Shown here in pieces: positions 38,301-54,161 of a stretch of 64,000 nucleotides of DNA. The first letter of the stretch is position 1; the number at the start of each line of letters is the position of its first letter. The notes under the pieces are model-generated. The model did not search any database. It saw only the letters and a program-made list of their open reading frames with translations, and was not told the DNA's origin. This stretch comes from Macrostomum lignano (Eukaryota): assembly GCA_002269645.1 (NCBI GenBank), contig NIVC01001022.1, forward strand, positions 496,001 through 560,000, given 5' to 3'. A program made the position numbers and the translations under genes.

Positions 38301-41300
38301 ACAGATCGGCTATTAGCGCAGTTATGACTAGCCATGATATACAGGATTATGTGTTGACTCGAGAATAACAACCCTAGGGGAAATTCCCCCACCCTTTGGG
38401 GCGCTCTGACGTCAGTTGGCCACGGAAGTTCCTTCCTGGAACTGTCGTCTGGCTATGATGTCTCCTCCCCTGCTCACCGGATCCGGGCTCCAAGCTCTCT
38501 GAGTCAGGGAGCAATTAAACAAAACGAGCAGGCTATTTCTGTCTCATTTGAGTGTTAAAGTTGACTACGAGTATATAGTTTCAATTTTCATTCACACCCA
38601 AAACTTCCTGGCGCCTTTCCTCACTAGTTAAACATTTGAGAAAGTTTTGGTCAGTTTTTTTATCACCCACAGGCAAAAATCATGATAAAAAATGCTTCGT
38701 TTGACAGGAGGTGCGCTAGCCCTGGACCATTCCGTGACTGCGTAGCCGGGCTTAACAGAGTTCAAATTTATTTTGCTACGTTTTTGTCAACCAGCATTAC
38801 CAGTTATCCCTGGGCAGCTGTAGCTGTTGAAATCAATAATTTTTTCAAGGTTTTTTCATTGCAATTTTCAGCTGATAAAGAGTCAGACTTACCACATGTG
38901 GGATCAGAGGTGAAATGCCTGCATCAATTTTAAAAGGATGAAAGCAGAAAGCTTAAGGGCCTTTCTCTCTCTCTCTCTCTGACAATTGCAGCTAGAAATA
39001 TTGGAAAGAAAAAATCTTTCATAAATTTTTGTCTTGGCAAAAGCGGCGTGACTGATGGGAAAAAAGTCGAGACTAAGCGAGAAGCATCACCCAGCCTCTC
39101 CCCTCCATCCGTGTATGTTTTTCCATTCCTTGCGGGATTAATTGCCTCGAGCGGCGCAGGTGCTAGGAAAGCTTAGAGGCTGCCTGCCTGCTGCAGTGTG
39201 TGCCTATCTCACTCCCATATTATTTGCCTTCCCTCCAGGTGGCGTTTTTTTTGTGGGAACAGATCCAGCAATGATCAGACTCTTCCTTCCTTCGCCACTA
39301 AGACTAAGAAGAAAGTGATGGATTTTTATCCCCGTTAAGTAAATGTTGTCGCTCAACAATTTCATCCTTTGTCTTTTGCTTCTGCATTTAGGCTGTGGAG
39401 AATTTTGTTATACGAGGAGCCTCTCTCTTGTTCACCTATGAAAACCAACCACTTAAAATCTGCTTCTCTTATATGCGAAAGCCCGAAAAAGCCTTCAGGG
39501 TTTGTGCTGTATACAATAGTAAGTAAAAATAGAGGGGTATGTGTTGGCCCAGGGGGTTCCTCGCGATAGGAAGCTTATAGAAACATCTAGAAATTGCCCC
39601 CGGGGGATGAGGACGAATCGAGATTGAAGAAAGTTGTTGCAATCACTACATGTACACACGCGCACGTAACCACACGAGCAGCCACGCCTACCTATTAGCA
39701 CAGCCTCCCATTTTGCTACGATGCCAAACTCAGTGGGATCCCCCTAATCAGGCGCAGCTTCCAAATAGGCAAATTGAAGGCGAGTGCTTCAATGCTTCAA
39801 TCGCGACAAATTTGCGCCACCTGTCGTTTCGAAAAATGCCGAGCAAAATAGTTGGCGGTTCGGGAAATTCTATCACTAATCGAATTAATTTGGCCGCTTT
39901 CAGCGGAACAATGGCTCTAATTTGGTCAGTTGCGTAGACTGCCGGCGCCTCAGTGTTGGTGCGATAAATCTGGGCGGCGCCATTCCCATTTTAGCAGCGA
40001 TAGACAAAAAATAAGCCAATCGAAAGTCATCAATGCCATGGGGTGAGCACTGCATCCAGCTGTAGGGTTTCACATTCCCTTGCTGGGTGCAGCTTAGGGA
40101 TACACTGAGTCGGGCGTAGTTGCCAGATTGAATTGCAAAAAGTCGGGAATTGCCACCCCCCCGATCCCCTGTGCCTCGCAGAATTGATAGACAGGGTGCG
40201 GGAAATGCCAGCAGAGGACGCCTCTATACGGTGACCCTCCTGTATCAATTTCCGATTGACCAAATGCGGGCCAAAGCACTGCAGTGGTGATCGATATAGC
40301 GCGGGGGGGGAAGGGTGCCATTGCTGAGTGAAAGGCGGATTCGCATAGTTTACAATGCGAGTCAGCATAAATTAATAGGGATTTTGGACTGCGTCACTCT
40401 TACCACGAATTGTTCTTAGTAAGTAAGCGAGTATCTAAAATAGTATCAACCCTAACCAGCCACTTTATAATCCTCCAATGCAATTTGCCAGCTAATAACC
40501 AATGTCTTCTCAATCCCGAGCTTGATTGCAACTTCGTGCATATGCAGTGTGACTAAAGCAGATTTCGCAATAACCAGAGATAAATCCCACCCGAATTTAA
40601 CTTTCAGCACGCTACTGAGGAGGAGGGAGTCAAAACCAACTGAACCGAACGTTCCAACCGTCTTGAGAAAGAGGAAATTAGTGGAAAGAAGAAGGGAAAA
40701 AGGAAGAAACTAGAAAAGGCGGTTTCTCAACGAAGCAGCTGCACACACAGCAATCACAGTCCGGCCTGCATGCTGGAGGCGACGAAATCTTGGCTCACGC
40801 ACACAGACAAAGCGAGAGCTGCGACTCCCCCTCACCGATTGCGTCATCCACAATTAGCCAAGGGACCCCCACCCGGGCCCTGATCCGACCAGCTTAACCA
40901 CCAGAAAAACGCGAAAAGCAAATTCTCTTTCTCGAGCTCTTGCAATCGCTCCCTTCATCCATTTCTGTCTGCCCATTCAGCCATCGTTCTGTCGGCTCAG
41001 AACCGTTTCAGTTTCAGTCTTTTGACCTTCTGTCCAATTAAAATCTCCTATGCGAGACGGATCAATGCGGCTGATAAGGGCTGGCGAGAGAGTTTTGTGT
41101 CGAGCTTCTTGGAGCACGAGTCACGCCAACTCATACGCTCATAGTAGTAAGTGAAATTGAATAGAAACTGTTGTAGAGAGCCCCCCTGCCCGCAAAGTAA
41201 AGCGGTTTCTGACTGACTTAGCGACTAATAATCCACTTGTGAGTGCTGAGTCGGCACCGCCCACACTCAGCGATATACATGCCAAACCCAGACTTGGTAA

Positions 41301-42078
41301 CCCGACCCACCCCCTGGGGTGTTTAAACATACTTAAAATGAGTCCTGTTATATGCCATTATTTGGGGTAAAAGGCCTCGGTCTTCCGGCAGAACTTGAAT
41401 CGCTGTCCGGTTAGTTGAGAAACAAAAAGTCTCTCGGTCTCTCCGTTGCCACACGGTAAGCGGAGGGTTGAGGAAGGCTCGCAATCTTGTGCAAGGATGC
41501 TTAAGGCAATCTCAACAATGAGAACTTGTTCTCTGTGTGGTTTGGCTGGAGGGCGGTCTCCTGCCTAGACTAATGCTCAATGGAAGCAGCGTCAGCATCC
41601 CACTAAAGCTCAAGAGAGTAAAGAAAAACACACTAGAGTGGAATTAAAGTATTCCTTCCAGCAGGTCTCTCTTTCGCTGCAAGACTGAGACCCGAATGAG
41701 TCATTGATTGTTAGCCCCCTTGAGAAGGCAGGCTAGTGCCAACTTTGATCTGCTCCACCCTTATTTATTTTTAACTATTAACTAACAGAAAATTGAGAGC
41801 AGAGAAAGTCGCAAGTTCCCAAGCGGGACTCAACCACTTCAATGCTATCAAATTCAATTCCTGGGTGAACTCTTCTTTAAGGAGTGGAAAGTTTTTAACG
41901 GTATCTTAGCACAGAACTGAAGCAACTTCGCCCATAAATCAATGGAGCTTATCTGGCAGCTAGTCTCTGTCGTTTCCTCGGCTGCTTTCGGCTCGGTGAA
42001 ATTAAATGAAGGAAAGTAAAAATTGCGATTCGCTCATGGCCTGAAGCAATTTTCAAAACTTTTTTTCCTGTCATTAAC

Positions 42079-42081
<3 letters not shown>

Positions 42082-42119
<38 letters not shown>
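42082..42119. repeat. (AG)n microsatellite
   Basis: Direct reading. Confidence 0.95.
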
Positions 42120-42122
<3 letters not shown>

Positions 42123-43814
42123 TTTCTCTCGCATTGCCTGCCTGCTTTCATGCATCCCGATTCGTCCCATTAGTCGGCCTTTAACTGCCAAAGATTCTTC
42201 TTTAAGTTCACCATCCCTGCTTTCGAAGAAGAAAGAAGAATCCCTGGGAGTCGGCGCGGAAAAAAGATCGAAATTGATTTTTTCAGGAGTTGGCCGCTGC
42301 CCTGGGGTTTGGGGGGATCGACTCAAGGGATGAGCGTGCACGGAGCTAAGAGCTATTATCTGAGGTACTATTACGGGTGAAGCATTAGCTCTAGAGGACT
42401 GCACAGGATATCTATTAAAGTCTCACCCTCGGAGACGTTTGACAGGTCATCTTCATTGGAGTCTGCACCGCTGGGCCTCGCATGAAAGTATTGTGACCGC
42501 CGATTCCACCTCTGCCGCAGGTGAGTGTGACGTGCTCCATGGGCAGGTAGTCCGACCTGTGATGCTGCGACATCTCTGGGTAGGGCCTGTACAGATGCTG
42601 CAAAGTTTTGAAAGTTTTTCGGGAGTTAATGTGAAATCAAATAAACGACTCAAAGTTTGAGAACAGGTCAGGTGAGATCATGGAAAGGACAGTCCAAAAA
42701 AGTAGATCAACCGCATCTAACTACTCATAATTTTTAAAGCTCTAATAAAGTACCCTCTGATTAATTAATTAAGACCCCCAAAGAAATTCAGAATAAAGAA
42801 TTATTGAACAATGAAATGCAACTGGAAGTTTTTCGTGATTGAAGGACAGCTAATTCAGTCCATCAAGCTGTGCAGGCAGGAAGCGAGCGACCCCCCCCCC
42901 GCTGACTTGGAGCGGTTGAGGGGAGCAACTTCTTTTTCTGTGGGGGAGTGGGGGTCCTGATGGACGCGGCGTCTCATTTGAGCTGGGCTCTACTGCCGCC
43001 TAAATCTGGTTCTGGAGGTAGTTTTTTTCTCCCAGTCTCGATTATTCTTTTCTTCCCTTACTGCATCGCGCGCAGCGGAGGCTGATGTGTGTCCTTCAAA
43101 AATTGTGCGATTTTTTGCTGCCGTATTGAAAAAACCATTTCCCTCCTCTGTATACTTGCCAGTCCTTTACGGTTCACCTGACTCAAAATTGTAACCTCAG
43201 TTTCGGGTGAAGCCGGGACTCGGGTGGGGGGGGGGAGCGTTTGAGGACTCTCCGAGGCGGTCGTCCGTTGGGTGCACCGGGTTCTGAATGCTCCCAGACC
43301 CCTCCCTGTGAATGCCGGTACATCTTTGAAACGTTGAACAGCTGGGGCATGCCGTGCGCCGGAGAGAAAGACGGTCCCTGAGCTACTTGACCATGAAAGA
43401 CCATTTCTAAGCCTGCGGTCGGGGTTGGTCGATTTTTTTAAGTTGACCCTCCTAAAAAACCTCCCAACAATGCCTTTTCTGCAGCGTTTCTCAAGCGGAA
43501 GTTTTGCCTCCCATCCTTTGGAGAGGAGCTTCCGACTCTGCATGCGCCAGGGTCTACTCTAACCTGAGCACCCAGCGCTCGCCTGACTAAGTGCTTGTGT
43601 GCTGAATAGCGTCAAACCTTAGAGCCGCAGTCACTCTATTTACGCTGTGTGCTCTTCCGAATAAGTCTTTTATGCTCAGTTGCTACAAAGCCAATTTAAA
43701 TGGTTAGTCTCCGCACGTCTCTACTTCCGTGTTCCCACTAGTCTCATTCTCTACCCTATTAATAACCTCACTGTCTTCTGCATCTCCCTCTGTCTACCTT
43801 CTGAATTCTTAGTC

Positions 43815-44885
43815 TATCTCCCTTCCCTAGCTACTTCTCTACCTACCTTCCCTAGCTACTTTTCTAACTTCCCTAACTACTTCTCTAACTACCTTTCCTA
43901 GCTACTTCTCTACCTACCATTCCTAGCTACCTCTTCATCTCCCTAGCTACTTCTCTACCTACCTATCCTAGCTACTTCTCTAACTTCCCTAGCTACTTCT
44001 CTACCTACCTTTCCTAGCTACTTCTCTACTTACCTTTCCTAGCTACTTGATCTACCTACCTTCCTAGCTACCTCTTCATCTCCCTAGCTAGCTACTTCTC
44101 TACCTACCTACTTAGCTACTTCTCTACCTACCTTCCTAGCTACTTCTCTAACTTCCCTAACTACTTCTCTAACTACCTTTCCTAGCTACTTCTCTACCTA
44201 CCTTCCTAGCTATTTCTCTAACTTCCCTAACTACTTCTCTACCTACCTTTCCTAGCTACTTCTCTAACTTCCCTAGCTACTTCTCTACCTACCTTTCCTA
44301 GCTACTTCTCTACCTACCATTCCTAGCTACCTCTTCATCTCCCTAGCTAGCTACTTCTCTACCTACCTTTCCTAGCTACTTCTCTAACTTCCCTAGCTAC
44401 TTCTCTACCTACCTTTCCTAGCTACTTTTCTACTTACCTTTCCTAGCTACTTGATCTACCTACCTTCCTAGCTACCTCTTCATCTCCCTAGCTAGCTACT
44501 TCTCTACCTACCTACTTAGCTACTTCTCTACCTACCTTCCTAGCTACTTCTCTAACTTCCAAAATACTTCTCTAACTACCTTTCCTAGCTACTTCTCTAC
44601 CTACCTTCCTAGCTATTTCTCTAACTTCCCTAACTACTTCTCTACCTACCTTTCCTAGCTACTTCTCTAACTTCCCTAGCTACTTCTCTACCTACCATTC
44701 CTAGCTACCTCTTCATCTCCCTAGCTAGCTACTTCTCTACCTACCTTTCCTAGCTACTTCTCTAACTTCCCTAGCTACTTCTCTATCTACCTTTCCTAGC
44801 TACTTGATCTACCTACCTTCCTGGCTACCTCTTCATCTCCCTAGCTAGCTACTTCTCTACCTACCTTCCGAGCTACTTCTCTACT
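43815..44885. repeat. Compound pyrimidine-rich satellite (CTAGCTACTTCTCTACCTACCTTTC and variants)
   Basis: Direct reading; ~404-bp higher-order duplication (44047 versus 44451). Confidence 0.93.
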
Positions 44886-46794
44886 TTTCCTCTCTTTCTA
44901 CTACTTTCTCCCAAAAAATTATTTACAACCTTTGCTGAAGCAAGCAATACATAGTGCGAAACAATTTTAGAAACGTGACAAATATCTGCTATGCCTTGGG
45001 CTTGAATCAAAAAAAGCGCGTGGAGTTACCAACTTACTATTGTCTCATACACCTCTATATCGCCTGCCCACCTTCTCATTAGCATTTCTTCAATCTCTCA
45101 TTCTCTTCTATAGATTGGCAACCCCCCTCTCACTATCACTCCCCAGTAATTACCACCGCTAGCCAATATCCCATTTTCTCCTACCCCCCCATCCTCGAGC
45201 GGCCGCCAAGAAACTCATCGATTCACGCCCGCCCTCCAGAGAGTCTTCTTTCGCTACTCAATAATAAGCAAGCAGGAAAAAGAAGCGTATATTTTCTTTC
45301 GGGCAGCCATCATCGCTTTCATATCTGTATATATATTTTTGCTTAAAAGCAGAAGAGAGAGTAGATGAGCCAGACCTTTCATGCGTAGGCCGTGCATTGA
45401 TTTGGCAGTCTTCCAGGGGAGACCCCCGACCGTCTCCCTCGCTGTCTCCACTCTCTCCTCTCCCAGTTGAATCAATTTCTAGCGAAATCCTCAGCCTATT
45501 CCAATCCAGCTAGTTGGCTACACCTTCTCTGCTAACCAACAGTCCTCATCGCGCACTCCTCGACTCCATCATCTCTCGCCGTGCCTTCAATCCACCCTCA
45601 TGCCATTCTCATCCCTTCGAGATCTCGCAAATCCCCTAGTTGTGACGTAATCAACTTTTCTATGAAAGCTAGAAAAAACCTGACTCTCTCCTTGCCAGTA
45701 AGCCTACTTACTATATTGTTGTCTGTGCGAGGCGCTTGCACAAACTCGGGCGTCGGAGCTCGAAGCAAATCGAACCTTTGCAAAAACTGAACGCTCCCCG
45801 ATGAACGACGTCAAATCCATCCCCCAGAGGCTGCCTCTTCTCTTCTCTTTCCTTCCTTCCTTCCGTTGCTCTGTCGCTAGAAATCCCCTTTCTCAGTCTG
45901 AAATCCGAATGACCCAACCGCAGACACCCTTGCGCACAGCTCGGGGCTCGACAAGGGAATTATTAAGCCTAGTTTGTGTTGTGCGTAATTCAATCTAGAG
46001 AGATTCGGTCTGACGCTGCCTCCTACTCACTTTTGCAACTGACGTGACGTAATCAATGGAGCCAGTTAGGCAAAAATAACGCTACTGGGTGCTGGTGGAT
46101 CCGGGAGGTTTAAGACACAGGGCTTAAGACCTGTCGCTGTGTACGCAGGCAATGTGTCAAAACTGTTAGCCCGTTGAATTGTAAATTCTGTCAACTGTGA
46201 AACAGCTTTTCCATCAAAAAGACGCGGTCCAGTTAAAAACAGTAACGTTTTTTCCCAGGGGACGCTGTCTAAATTTTAAACAAATGTTTTGGTATTTTAT
46301 GCGGGCAGACCGACGGCCTTGTCTTTTGACCGGGTTCGCGTCAATGCTCTCTGTTATTTCTGTTACCGGAGTGTGGAATGGGAGAGGGAGCGAGGCTGTC
46401 GGACAGGAAGTGGCAGGGGAAGTCAATGGCGGCTTGTATCAAACATTCTGACCTCGCAGTCCACTCACTCACGCACACAAAGAAGCCAAGGCTTTTCACT
46501 GGTGCGACCGCTGGAGTGTAGAGGACTTCTGGCTGATATATGTGTCGCATATTTCTATTTTGGAAGTGTAGGTAGAGAAATTTATGACCTCTAACAACTG
46601 AACTGGACACTTTGTTCGGCGTGTGAGAGTTATGACACTCTGCAGAAAAGTTTTTGATGGTAGCTTTTTTGTTAGCCGATCAGTTTTTTTCCGTGCGCTA
46701 ATTCTAATAGTACGAGCACTTCCTGATTTTGTTAGAAGATTTTCATATCAAATATTTTCTCTATCCATCCGTCTCGTTAATTTTCCATGTTTTC

Positions 46795-47160
46795 CATCTA
46801 CCACTCACCCTCTATCCACCTCTACCCACTCTCCCATTCACCCTCTGCCCATCAACCAGTCTCCATTCACCCTCTGTCCATCTCTACCCAACTCTCCCAT
46901 TCACCCTCTGTCCACCTCTACCCAACTCTCCCATTCACCCTCTGTCCACCTCTACCCAACTCTCCCATTCACCCTCTGTCCACCTCTACCCAACTCTCCC
47001 ATTCACCCTCTGTCCACCTCTACCCAACTCTCCCATTCACCCTCTGCCCACCTCTACCCCACTCTCCCATTCACTCTCTGTCCACCTCTACCCGACTCTC
47101 CCGTTCACCCTCTGTTCACCTCTACTCAACTCTCCCATTCACCCTCTGTCCATCTTTATC
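46795..47160. repeat. 34-bp minisatellite (CTCTACCCAACTCTCCCATTCACCCTCTGTCCAC), ~10 copies
   Basis: Direct reading. Confidence 0.94.
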
Positions 47161-47864
47161 CACTGAATAGTCTTTTTATTTTTTCAGCATATTTTACAGG
47201 AGGGAAGTCACCTACACCCCTCACTTTCCCTCAATTCCCAAGCGGGAATGCCCAATGTTTTCCAAGCTTCCAACAAAATCCATCACAAGGCTGAGGGACA
47301 CGGTTTTCCCAAAAGCAGAATGGCATCCAGAAGCAGCAAAATTGGTATTCAGTTTCAAGAATTGGCACTCTAACTTGTACTAAACTTTTAAAACTGACAA
47401 AGGTCATCAAAAATATTTAAGTCTGGAAGAAGCCAAAAAAGTTTGAAAACTTTGTTCCCACTTTTACTTTCGCTCCAAATTTCTGTGACCCCATCTCTCT
47501 GTGTCACCCGCGCAGCCTCCTTCCTCATCAGCAAGGTCATCTGTTCATCGAACTGTCCCCATTTTCTATCTTTCTTTTTCTACTTTTCCTCTTATTCAAT
47601 CTTTTACGTCCCCAGAAAATCCTGACCCAGTGTATCCGGTCGGTATATTACCCAGACACCAATTAAGAGGAATTCTGCAGTTAAAGCCGATGGACAGTGA
47701 AAGATATGGGAACAGCTTAACGTCTTAGTGATGTTCAGTAGCGATGCAACATGCAATAGGATGTCCTGCCCTAGTTGAAGTCAGGTTTTCCCTCTTTTAC
47801 TCTTTTAATTTTATTTTATCTCAGAATCCGCGATTTTATTGCCTGACATAACTCAGAATTACCT

Positions 47865-48240
47865 CTGTCTACCCTCATCTTACCTCAATATACCCCTGTC
47901 TATCTCAATATACCCCTGTCTAACCTCAATATACCCCTGTCTATCTCAATATACCTCTGTCTACCTCAATATACCCCTGTCTACCTCAATATACCCCTGT
48001 CTACCTTAATATACACCTGTCTACCTCAATATCCCCCTGTCTACCCCTGTCTAACCTCAATATACCCCTGTCTACCTCAATATACCCCTGTCTACCTCAA
48101 TATACCCCTGTCTACCTCAATATCCTCCTGTCTACCTCAATATACCCCTGTCTACCTCAATATCCTCCTGTCTACCTCAATATACCCCTGTCTACCTCAA
48201 TATCCTCCTGTCTACCTCAATATACCCCTGTTTAACCTCT
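47865..48240. repeat. 20-bp minisatellite (CTACCTCAATATACCCCTGT)
   Basis: Direct reading. Confidence 0.94.
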
Positions 48241-49697
48241 ATATATTCTACCTCTATCCACCTTTATCTATACCACTGTCTACCCTCTATCTATCTACCC
48301 TAACGGACCAACTAAACAACACCCCAGTTCTAAACTTCCATAGCATCAACTCTCAACTTTCATAATAATAGCTATATATAGTCTAGACAAAATCATAAAC
48401 TCATGTCGCTTCTCAATTCCCAATTCAGCTCACCAGCAACTGAGCAATATAACAATTTCCAGCTCATCGACTGCTCAAGCGATTGAAGACAATTGAAGCA
48501 AGAGGGGGTTTCCTTTCTCGAAATTGTCGCTAGAATGCATTTGGCCAAGTCTCTAACCAACTGCAGATTTTGTCTTCCCATAATCATATCTATCTATATA
48601 TTCCCCCACTGAGACCTTGAACCATGACACTCACCAGACCGCGAGTAATGAGGATGTGGGGAGGGGCTGGCGAACCCTCCCAGAACACGCCAAGATGCTT
48701 CCAGTCTTCCTTTCCCAACCTTTCCCAGCTGCATGCTCGCCGTTCAATCCTCCAATTACCTGCTGCTAGAATCCTAGTTGCTAGGCTGAGCTGCCCTGCA
48801 ACGACTTCATGCATATATGAACCCCATCCCCACCCCCAACCTCAGCATGTGTTCGACATGCAGCAGCCACCAGCCCCTTATGGCGAACGCTAAATGGGGA
48901 TATATTCCCATGCTGGCTTAAGCTTGATGTTCCAGTCAGCCCGCCAACTTAATGAGAGGATTTAGCATTTTTTATCACTAACGTAGAAATTATTGTACAC
49001 AGCTGCCAGATAGAATCGAAGGCACCGATTTCACCTGACTAAATAGAGAGGGAAACCTTGCTTGGGATAGATGGTTGCATAATTAATACGGCCGGAGAGA
49101 TTTCAGCTGCTTCAATTCTCTGTAGACAGGGTCTGTGGGATTAAATAATTTTTTTTCTGCATTGAAATTTTATTCTGTCTCCTCCTGATGAGTCAAGCAA
49201 GCCTCGATGCCAGAGTGACCTGCATCCGTCAGAATTCTGCGTACTCACTAATCCTCTTTAAAGCCTGCCATTATTGTTTTTATTTAAATCTTCTCTATCA
49301 ATGGGGTTCTTTAAGCGTGGGATTTTAATCCTAGTCTTTAGATAATAATGGTGTAGGTTTTTTGAGACTATACTCCTAGCGGCACGTGAAAGCAGCGCAC
49401 GATTTATCCTGTGGGGGATTTGGCAAGCCTGACTTGGCTGCAGGAACGAAAGAATCCAGCGAGACTGTTAGGGGGGCTCTGGGACTCCGCAAGAGGGTAT
49501 TTTTCCCTCAGACAGATTTGCAGAATGGCGGGGAAGGCGACGCAAAAAACACCCCACGTTATTGCTTGAAGTCGCAGGGACACAAAAGGAAGCGATTGAT
49601 ACTCGACATGGGGGATTGCGTGATCGAATGGCATTACAGTCGATTGCTGGAATTAGAGCTGCCACGTGTGATGCAATCGATACCTGCTTTGGAATGC

Positions 49698-50484
<787 letters not shown>

Positions 50485-50934
50485 CTTACTTATCTATCTC
50501 AAACTAATTAAAATTATTGTAACCTTTGACCCCAAAATATAAATGCTTCAATTGTTTAAACTTACTTGATGCCAAATGCTTTCAAAGCTAGAAAATCTTG
50601 ATTAAAGTTTTTCCTAGCCAAGCAACTGCATCCGAAAGCGTCAGCTGTTGACTTTGGCTCGGCTTGGAATATTTCAAAAGCATTGAATTTCGAATCTTTC
50701 TGACCAACGCTTCGAAGTTCAAACGTTTTTATCACAGATCAAAGAAAAATGAGCGTCGGCAAAACTCCTTGATTTTGTATCTTTTTTTAGAAGCAATCGG
50801 CTCTAAAGGTCACATATGAAATGGAGATATCAAGACATGAATAAGAAGCATTTATTTTTTACTGAGGTCAAACAAAACAGCTAAAAGACAGAAGAAAGAA
50901 GAAAGATAAACTGATTGAGAGAAAGTAGACAGTA

Positions 50935-51708
50935 GGTTGAGAGAGGGAGTAGACAGAGGGTGGAGAGAGAGAGTAGACAGAGGGTGGAGAGAGAGGAGTA
51001 GACAGAGGGTGGAGAGAGAGTTGTAGACAGAGGGTGGAGAGAGAGGAGTAGACAGAGGGTGGAGAGAGAGGAGTAGACAGAGGGTGGAGAGAGAGGAGTA
51101 GACAGAGGGTAGAGAGAGGAGTAGACAGAGGGTGGAGAGAGAGTTGTAGACAGAGGGTGGAGAGGGAGAGGAGTAGACAGAGGGTAGAGAGAGGAGTAGA
51201 CAGAGGGTGGAGAGAGAGGAGTAGACAGAGGGTGGAGAGAGAGGAGTAGACAGAGGGTGGAGAGAGAGAAAGTAGACAGAGGGTAGAGAGAGGAGTAGAG
51301 AGAGGGTAGAGGGTGTAGACAGAGGGTGGAGAGAGGGAGTAGACAGAGGGTAGAGAGAGGAGTAGACAGAGGGTAGAGAGAGGGAGTAGACAGAGGGTAG
51401 AGGGAGTAGACAGAGGGTAGAGGGAGTAGACAGAGGGTAGAGGGAGTAGACAGAGGGTAGAGGGAGTAGACAGAGGGTAGAGGGAGTAGACAGAGGGTAG
51501 AGGGAGTAGACAGAGGGTAGAGGGAGTAGACAGAGGGTAGAGGGAGTAGACAGAGGGTAGAGGGAGTAGACAGAGGGTAGAGGGAGTAGACAGAGGTTAG
51601 AGGGAGTAGACAGAGGGTAGAGAAAAGGGAGTAGACAGAGGGTAGAGAGAGGGAGTAGACAGAGGGTAGAGGGAGTAGAAAGAGGGTAGAGAAAAGGGAG
51701 TAGACAGA
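50935..51708. repeat. Purine-rich 20-26-bp minisatellite (GAGTAGACAGAGGGTAGAGG and AG-extended variants)
   Basis: Direct reading. Confidence 0.95.
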
Positions 51709-52827
51709 GGAACAATGGCAGTAGAGGATAAATAACCATTGAGAAAGCAGGACATCTCCTAACTACAAAACATACGCAATAATATTGTCTTTGTCACCAC
51801 AATTTGTTAGAAACGGTTGGCCAATGTAACTTTATCTTTTCATTATGTTTGCTAAAGTGAAATGCCGAGTGTCTATCAGATTCTAGGTTAATAACCAAAA
51901 AGATGAAGCTATCTAGATATCGCAATTATTCCAATTGATTGGATGAATGAGTTCCTAGCGACCCAATCAGCAATCTGCCACGCACTGACACCAGATGCAG
52001 TTGCTCATATTTCAGTTCTGAGGCACCCACAGAGCTCACAAATCGATCCTTGGCACGTGCCGGCTCCGACAGTCACGGGAATTTGCTTAGCTAATCGCAC
52101 ATATATTTTTCAAAGGCTCAAAGCGAAAATCAAAAGCTTTCCCTATATATGAAAAATTTCTTCAATTAAGCACAAAAGAAATGCGCCATCTGCCTGATCC
52201 CTTTGGAGCAGATTTTCTCAAATCCCACTTGGGGATGCTCTTGACACGCCTAATCTTAAGGAGGATGGCATGATAAATGCTTGGCTTTATCGAGACCTTT
52301 TCTATAATCTATTATTCCATATTGTGTCGATAGTTGCAAAAAATCACAATTCACAATCATCCTGCAAGCTCTTCCTTCTGACGCGTCTCCCACATCCTCT
52401 CTACCTTTTCCTTTTCGTCTCAGACTCTCTGAGGCTGCCTTCATCCGTCTGCTGCCTTCTCTTCCTTCCCTGCATTTCTTGCTTAGTTTTTTCCCAATCT
52501 ACAGGTGCGCCATGCGTCCCCCTCCCTTAGTGACGCACTGCTCGCTTGACCTGCTCAGGCTCCGTCCCCCATCACATTTACCTGATGTTCCCCCAGGTGC
52601 TCAAATTCCAAATTCTTACAGATCTGTCCCTGTGAATAGCGATCTCATTGATAACCTACTGGCTAGCATATAACTGATGTAGATATCTGGCTGTTAGTGA
52701 ATATTCGTACTTTTAATTTCTTGCATTTTACAGTAGGAATAGTTAACATCTGATAGGGGTGATTGGCGAAGACGGTGTCTAATGGAGCTTTGTCATCTTA
52801 ATCAAATGCAAATATGACAGAATGGGG

Positions 52828-54161
52828 TGTCAGGAGGGTGTCAGAGTAGCTGTAAGAAGGATGTCAGAGTAGCTGTCAGGAGGGTGTCAGAGTAGCTGTC
52901 AGGAGGGTGTCAGAGTAGCTGTCAGGAGGGTGTCGGAGTAGCTGTCAGGAGGGTGTCAGAGTAGCTGTCAGGAGGGTGTCAGAGTAGCTGTCAGGAGGAT
53001 GTCGGAGTAGCTGTCAGGAGGGTGTCAGAGTAGCTGTCAGGAGGGTGTCAGAGTAGCTGTCAGGAGGGTGTCGGAGTAGCTGTCAGGAGGGTGTCAGAGT
53101 AGCTGTCAGGAGGGTGTCAGAGTAGCTGTCAGGAGGGTGTCAGAGTAGCTGTCAGGAGGATGTCAGAGTAGCTGTCAGGAAGGTGTCAGAGTAGCTGTCA
53201 GGAGGGTGTCAGAGTAGCTGTCAGGAGGGTGTTAGAGTAGCTGTCAGGAGGGTGTCAGAGTAGCTGTCAGGAGGGTGTCAGAGTAGCTGTCAGGAGGATG
53301 TCAGAGTAGCTGTCAGGAGGGTGTCGGAGTAGCTGTCAGGAGGGTGTCAGAGTAGCTGTCAGGAGGGTGTCAGAGTAGCTGTCAGGAGGGTGTCGGAGTA
53401 GCTGTCAGGAGGGTGTCAGAGTAGCTGACAGGAGGGTGTCAGAGTAGCTGTCAGGAGGGTGTCAGAGTAGCTGTCAGGAGGGTGTCAGAGTAGCTGTCAG
53501 GAGGGTGTCAGAGTAGCTGTCAGGAGGGTGTCGGAGTAGCTGTCAGGAGGGTGTCAGAGTAGCTGTCAGGAGGGTGTCGGAGTAGCTGTCAGGAGGGTGT
53601 CAGAGTAGCTGTCAGGAGGGTGTCAGAGTAGCTGTCAGGAGGGTGTCAGAGTAGCTGTCAGGAGGGTGTTAGAGTAGCTGTCAGGAGGGTGTCGGAGTAG
53701 CTGTCAGGAGGGTGTCAGAGTAGCTGTCAAGAGGATGTCAGAGTAGCTGTCAAGAGGATGTCAGAGTAGCTGTAAGAAGGATGTCAGAGTAGCTGTCAGG
53801 AGGGTGTCAGAGTAGCTGTCAGGAGGGTGTCAGAGTAGCTGTCAGGAGGATGTCAAAGTAGCTGTCAAGAGGATGTCAGAGTAGCTGTCAAGAGGATGTC
53901 AGAGTAGCTGTAAGAAGGATGTCAGAGTAGCTGTCAGGAGGGTGTCAGAGTAGCTGTCAGGAGGGTATCAGAGTAGCTGTCAGGAGGATGTCAGAGTAGC
54001 TGTCAGGAGGGTGTCAGAGTAGCTGTCAGGAGGATGTCAGAGTGGCTGTCAGGAGGATGTCAGAGTAGCTGTCAGGAGGGTGTCAGAGTAGCTGTCAGGA
54101 GGATGTCAGAGTGGCTGTCAGGAGGGTGTCAGACTAGCTGTCAGGAGGGTGTCAGAGTAGC
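52828..54161. repeat. 23-bp minisatellite (GTCAGAGTAGCTGTCAGGAGGGT), ~58 copies
   Basis: Direct reading. Confidence 0.97.
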